Part shown: piece by piece, positions 59,723 through 64,000 of the stretch | Numbering within the stretch: position 1 is the stretch's first letter | How the letters are laid out: each line of letters opens with the position of its first letter | NCBI GenBank assembly: GCA_965652415.1 | Contig: CBFGVH010000004.1 | Location: forward strand, 3,071-67,070 | DNA from: an uncultured Gammaproteobacteria bacterium | Lineage (GTDB): Bacteria; Pseudomonadota; Gammaproteobacteria; Arenicellales; CAJQKF01 | Length of the DNA: 64,000 nucleotides | Direction of reading: 5' to 3' | Made by a program: the position numbers and the translations under genes | The notes under the pieces: model-generated | The model's input: only the letters and a program-made list of their open reading frames with translations | The model's database searches: none | What the model was told of the DNA's origin: nothing

Positions 59723-61737
59723 CGGCGGGTCTCCAGCTCGATGACCGTTTCCGCGAATGCGTGCATGTGCGAGCGGTGCGATACGAAATAGATCTGCTCG
59801 AACAAGGGCCGGATACTGGTGAATATGACTTCTTCCATGTCCATCGGCAGACCCGACATGGCCTCGTCCAGGACCAGGATTGCACTTCTCTTGATGACGC
59901 ACTGCGCAAGCGCCATCCTTTGCCGCTCACCTGTCGAGAAGTCCCGTCGGGCGTCGCCGATCGGCGTGTTCAGTCCAAGCGGGAGTGCTCTAACGCGGTC
60001 GACCAATCCGACCAGTTCCAGCGACTCCCACAGACTCCTGTCGCCAGACGTGGTCGCACCGAATAGCAATAGATTGTCGCGCACCGTCCCCGGCAACAAC
60101 TGCACGTTCTGATCCGCGTAGGCGAAGATGCGCCGGCGCTCGTTCATGGAAAGACGCGTCGGATCCACTCCGAGGACCTCGATCGCACCCGAGTCCGGCG
60201 CCTGTAGCCCGAGCAGACAGTTCAGAAATGTCGTCTTGCCGGCTCCCGACTCGCCCGCGATTCGCACTACGCGTGGCCCCTCGATGCGAAGCGTCAGGCT
60301 CTCGGCGTCCTTGAAGCGGCAGCCGTGAGGCAGGCGCAGGCGGTGACACTCGACGCTGGCATTCGCCTGGGTGACAGTGGGGGTGTTCAACGCGTGAACC
60401 TGGGCCGCTTCCTCCAGCAGATCCTTAGCCTCGAGCAGATCGATCCGGATAGCGCCGACTTTCCCGATGGCCGTCGCCACACGCGGAATCATCCGGTAGG
60501 TCTGCGTGACGAGATAAAGCATGATGAAGGCAAGCCCCACGGTGAGCGCATTGCCGGTCTGCGCGGCGAAGGCGACAAGCACCGTGAGCGCGAAGATCGC
60601 CAGCAACTGGGTGACATCCATCAATGTCGCCTCGGCCTCGCGGGCACGGGATTCGCCCGCCGCGACGCTGCGGCGGGCGTCGGCGATCTCCCTCTGGCAC
60701 TGCTGCCAGTGGGCGATCGCCCTGCCGGCGGCATCGTAGAAATTCAGGCGCGTGATGTTGCCCATGATCCGGTAAAGGTAGCCGTCGCTCTCGGTCTCCT
60801 CGAACACCAGCCTTCGCTGACGGCGGCCTTGACGCCACTGAAAAAATACCTGGGGCACGGTGCCGACCACGGCGATAACGAGCGTGGCGAAAAACAGGAA
60901 TGTCGGCAGGCGCAGGTACAGCAGGATCAGAATCGGCGCAATCGCAAGCGAGGCGACGACTGCGATTACAGCATCCGATGTCGCCTTTCCGACCCGAGAC
61001 ACGACGGCGCACTGCTCATGCGCCCGGTGGATACCCCTCACAGCGATGTACTGCGGTCGCATGGACCATAAAAGCGAGAGTTTCAGAATCTCCGCCCGCT
61101 CCTCGATCAGAGAGTCCAGGTGGAACTGCACCCGTTGCGCCAGGAAATGGCCGAGACCGATCGTTGCCGCCGCCCCGGCCATGAGCCAGGCAATGGCCCA
61201 GAAGGCACCGAGATTCTGGGTCGGGACGACATAGGCCAGGATGCTGAAGTTGGCGATGAACAGGAGCGATGCGGTCAGAGCGATCAGCGCCTGGCACAAT
61301 AGGGCCTCGCGCATCAGCCCCCGCGCCGGTCGGAGCACGAAATCGGCGACCCTGCGGATCGTGATCGGACGGTCCAGGACAAACGGCTCGAACAGCACCC
61401 GAAGATCGGTCAGGCCAAACTGCTCCGCGTCCGGAAGATCGAAACGCTCACCGCTTTCGAGCGCCAACCCCCGAACCGTATCGCCTCTGAGCAGTGCCGG
61501 TACGTACTCGAGCAGGACCGGGCCGTATTCCCCGTATTGTCCGATCCAGAGTGGATAGCCGCGCAGACGGTCGGTTCCCGCCGTGACCGGCACCGCAATC
61601 ACTCCCAAGTGCCGCTCGAGATAGACGATCCAGTCGGAGAGGTCACCACACGCCGGCCGCGGCAGGTCGCGCAAGCGTTCCGGCGCACTGAGGGCATTCC
61701 CGAGGAACTGACGGAGGACGTCAGGCGCCACCGTCAC
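59719..61737 (-). CDS. ABC transporter permease/ATP-binding protein, non-peptidase partner
   Basis: About 150-aa N-domain without a Cys/His/Asp triad, a 6-TM domain, and a canonical NBD ('GESGAGKTT', Q-loop 'YADQNV', 'STGERQR', 'ILVLDEA', 'VSHR'). The GTG at 61737 overlaps the upstream stop (GTGA). The track ORF starts at a TTG at 61755. Confidence 0.85.
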   Translation of the reverse strand: MTVAPDVLRQFLGNALSAPERLRDLPRPACGDLSDWIVYLERHLGVIAVPVTAGTDRLRGYPLWIGQYGEYGPVLLEYVPALLRGDTVRGLALESGERFDLPDAEQFGLTDLRVLFEPFVLDRPITIRRVADFVLRPARGLMREALLCQALIALTASLLFIANFSILAYVVPTQNLGAFWAIAWLMAGAAATIGLGHFLAQRVQFHLDSLIEERAEILKLSLLWSMRPQYIAVRGIHRAHEQCAVVSRVGKATSDAVIAVVASLAIAPILILLYLRLPTFLFFATLVIAVVGTVPQVFFQWRQGRRQRRLVFEETESDGYLYRIMGNITRLNFYDAAGRAIAHWQQCQREIADARRSVAAGESRAREAEATLMDVTQLLAIFALTVLVAFAAQTGNALTVGLAFIMLYLVTQTYRMIPRVATAIGKVGAIRIDLLEAKDLLEEAAQVHALNTPTVTQANASVECHRLRLPHGCRFKDAESLTLRIEGPRVVRIAGESGAGKTTFLNCLLGLQAPDSGAIEVLGVDPTRLSMNERRRIFAYADQNVQLLPGTVRDNLLLFGATTSGDRSLWESLELVGLVDRVRALPLGLNTPIGDARRDFSTGERQRMALAQCVIKRSAILVLDEAMSGLPMDMEEVIFTSIRPLFEQIYFVSHRSHMHAFAETVIELETRR

Positions 61738-62639
61738 CCGCCGTTCTTCACCCAAGAGGGTACGGAATACTCGCCATACCAGCGGCGCAGAGCCGGCCAG
61801 AACACCCAGTCAGCAAGGGGACAGTGCAGTTCCGCCCCGCGTCTCCACGGACGTAGCCGCACCGTTCCCGGCTCCGGGTAGTCCAGAAGGTGATGCCCCG
61901 CCCTGTGACGCCGTGCCAGAAATCGCGCGATGGAGATCCCCTCCACGTCGACGGCCACATCGGGTCGGGCATAGAAATGCAAACGACTCGACGTCTTTCC
62001 GGGCTGGTACCGGTCGGGGAACAGACTCGGCGGCATGTCGCCAAAGTAAATGAGGACGGTCCGATCGCTCATCTCGCGACCGAGTGTTGCCAACCAGGCA
62101 CCCTCCAGCCTCAGGCACACCGTTTCGACCTGCAGAACACGCTCGACGAGTATTTGGCCCGTTGCCGCGCGTGGATCCAGTGGATCTCGCAGGTGCAGGA
62201 GTATCGCCTTGCGGAATCCATGTCCAGCGACCAGAAGCTGGATCGTCGCATAGAGCACCGAGAAAACGCAGCAATGGTGTACGCTCTCAAGGATGAGCGG
62301 ACGGTCGGTTGGCGGCGATATCTCACCGAGTTCGAAGCGAAGGCTCTTCTTCACAGACAGGAAATAGTCCCGTGCCTGTCCGAGACTCATGGTCGGCATG
62401 ACGAGCGGTTCGAACCAGTAGTCGGCCAGGTTGCGCACGCCCCGCTCGTCTTCCTCCGGGGCGATTGCCGAAAGTCCCTCGATGCGCGACAACACCAGCC
62501 GGGACAGCAATTCGTCCTCGCGCCAACGATGCAGTAGTCGAGTGCGAGTCGCACGAGGGCTTTCAGACGTGCTGTAAGCGCGCATGATCGTAAGATCGAG
62601 CCGATCCTGGATCTCGGATTCGTCGGCGTTCGGGATCAT
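61734..62639 (-). CDS. Hypothetical protein (301 aa), embedded in the export operon
   Basis: ATG at 62639, 25 nt after the HlyD stop; the stop overlaps the next gene's start. No signal peptide, no TM helix, and no motif I can assign. There is only weak collinearity with LpxL-type acyltransferases (see findings). Confidence 0.6.
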   Translation of the reverse strand: MIPNADESEIQDRLDLTIMRAYSTSESPRATRTRLLHRWREDELLSRLVLSRIEGLSAIAPEEDERGVRNLADYWFEPLVMPTMSLGQARDYFLSVKKSLRFELGEISPPTDRPLILESVHHCCVFSVLYATIQLLVAGHGFRKAILLHLRDPLDPRAATGQILVERVLQVETVCLRLEGAWLATLGREMSDRTVLIYFGDMPPSLFPDRYQPGKTSSRLHFYARPDVAVDVEGISIARFLARRHRAGHHLLDYPEPGTVRLRPWRRGAELHCPLADWVFWPALRRWYGEYSVPSWVKNGG

Positions 62640-62664
62640 GAAGGGATTTCCGTACGACAGTCAG

Positions 62665-64000
62665 CTAGCCCTGGTTGAAAAAATCCGCGTAGAACGGCAA
62701 CAATACGGCTATTGGCGAGGTGACTTCCACCCATATGCGCGTCGTGACCATCGTACCAACGGAAAGCGGCCGGCTCAGGGTATCGCCATCGAGTCGCAGT
62801 GCACCGTCTGGATCCCGCTCGAAGCCGAGATTCGCGACGATGCCGGCATGGGAGCCTGTCAGCATCTGTGCGAGTTCGGCGCTGCCGACTAGCGCCTGGG
62901 CCTCGATCGAAGTGGCGATGTAGTCGCTGACATACGTCACTCGGGCCTCGATCTGGGAACCGATCAGCGACTTCTCGAAACCGGGTTTGACGAGGGCCCG
63001 ATCACCGACCTGGACGCGCTTGGCATCCTGGGGTTGCAGCAGCGCCACGGCCACCAGCCCGCTACCGCGCCATTCGTCCCCGATGGGAATCAGGTCCGCA
63101 AAAACGGGGACGTTCGCGTCGTCGAACAACTCGGTTTGCGAAAGCTCGAGACGCTCCAGTACACCGAGGCCGTTGCCGGCTGCCGTGATCACCGCGCGTT
63201 CATCAGCAATGCGCAGATCGAACACCACACCCGGCGCCAGATTCCGGATGGCTTCGTGGAGTTCGGACTCGAAGTCGGTGTCATCCTCGCCATATTCGAT
63301 CGTCATCGCCCTGTCGACCACAGCCAGCGTTATCTGTCCGCGCCGGGCGCGCGGCGAGATCACCATGAGCATGCCCTGGTGCTGGGGCACCAGGTTGACC
63401 AGGGCCACGGGCTCACCCTGGCCGACCAATTGGCCGGGCGCCTTCTTCATGGCGATCAGCTCGCCTTCATATGGCGAGACGATGTTCTCGCCCATCCAAC
63501 GCTGACGTTCGGCATTCAGCAATGCGCTGCGGCTGGCAAGTGCGCGCAGTTCCAGTTCCATTCGATCGATTTCCCACCTGCCTTTTGCGCTCTCCAGAGG
63601 GTTCAGGATCCTCTGTTCCTCGGCATGGCTGGCGTCGATCTTCTGGTTGATGTCGCTCAGCGCGTGCTGCATCCGCTCACGTTCGCTCCTGGAGTGAGAA
63701 AGTGCGGCGGCGCTCTCGAAAGAGACTGCCATGCTCCGCAGCCGGGCACGCTTGGCGAGCACGCTGTGGAGTCTGTCGTCCAGCGCCTTGATTTGTTCGT
63801 CATGGTTCCGGAGGCCGTCCTGCTTCTGTGCCTCCAGCAGCGATGTCTCGGCCAGGTACCGGCGGCGGGCATCTTCGTAGGCGGCCCTAGCGGGCGGATT
63901 GGAGACCCGCAGCAGGATGTCCCCGGCGCGGATTCGGGTTCTGGCAGCATCCGGTCGACCCGTCACCGTTCCCTGCCCCAGGGAGGTGATCTCGCGCACG
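62665..64000 (-). CDS. HlyD-family membrane-fusion/secretion protein (5'-partial, continues beyond the window)
   Basis: More than 444 aa with no N-terminal TM anchor in the window. Long coiled coil ('YLAETSLLEAQKQDGLRNHDEQIKALDDRL...', 'RWEIDRMELELRALASRSALLNAERQRW') and beta-barrel segments ('IVSPYEGELIAMK', 'GTMVTTRIWV'). Confidence 0.8.
   Translation of the reverse strand, partial: VREITSLGQGTVTGRPDAARTRIRAGDILLRVSNPPARAAYEDARRRYLAETSLLEAQKQDGLRNHDEQIKALDDRLHSVLAKRARLRSMAVSFESAAALSHSRSERERMQHALSDINQKIDASHAEEQRILNPLESAKGRWEIDRMELELRALASRSALLNAERQRWMGENIVSPYEGELIAMKKAPGQLVGQGEPVALVNLVPQHQGMLMVISPRARRGQITLAVVDRAMTIEYGEDDTDFESELHEAIRNLAPGVVFDLRIADERAVITAAGNGLGVLERLELSQTELFDDANVPVFADLIPIGDEWRGSGLVAVALLQPQDAKRVQVGDRALVKPGFEKSLIGSQIEARVTYVSDYIATSIEAQALVGSAELAQMLTGSHAGIVANLGFERDPDGALRLDGDTLSRPLSVGTMVTTRIWVEVTSPIAVLLPFYADFFNQG

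Noticed and set aside
56809-62639. SapC or the 301-aa protein as the double-glycine-leader cargo of the C39 exporter.
   Set aside because: Neither N-terminus shows an LSxxELxxIxGG-like leader or a GG/GA/GS cleavage motif within the first roughly 30 residues. SapC has only a 'PPAAG' that does not fit. The cargo is more likely encoded outside the window.

Overview
This is a dense, high-GC window (about 70% in spot-counted 60-nt lines) that looks like gammaproteobacterial chromosome, with about 60 supportable CDS. I found no rRNA, tRNA, CRISPR array, transposase or integrase. Many long ORFs in the six-frame track are Arg/Ala/Pro/Gly-rich antisense or out-of-frame shadows of real genes and were not called. 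I re-derived start codons by eye; several track ORFs begin at GTG or TTG, or carry spurious N-terminal extensions.

Content from left to right:
- DeoR regulator, a LYS1-type saccharopine dehydrogenase, and folE.
- A nine-gene minus-strand C1 operon: fhs, corrinoid protein, DUF1638, a small 'virulence-factor'-family protein, MetV, MetF, a methyl-THF:corrinoid methyltransferase, a RACo-like activase, and Crp/Fnr.
- serB and serC.
- A PhoPQ-like two-component pair with PepSY and glycine-zipper proteins.
- A PA14 protein and a retropepsin.
- A GntR-controlled SuyAB-like operon (split UxaA dehydratase plus two dehydrogenases) with a perfect 32-bp palindrome in the divergent promoter.
- EamA, FkpA, a secreted PKD protein, Trm112, an EEP nuclease, sat, and DAHP synthase.
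- A small membrane protein / M24 peptidase / deacetylase operon.
- An RND efflux pair.
- A bacterial cereblon (CULT) protein followed by a GNAT.
- A thioesterase, AsmA, ttcA, an M18 aminopeptidase, gluQ, cytochrome c5, a SleB-like hydrolase, prfC, rimO, and ppsR/ppsA.
- A VapBC module, ettA, and ubiK.
- An orphan plus-strand terminator preceded by stacked hairpins, then a Kv-type K+ channel.

The most unusual region is the right end (56.8 to 64.0 kb), which is less GC-rich in patches. It holds a co-directional export locus: HlyD, an unknown 301-aa protein, an ABC protein, a C39-peptidase ABC protein, and SapC. It resembles the three-gene NHLM/bacteriocin export set, but it carries two extra genes of unknown role and no visible cargo gene. 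It also runs off the window edge.
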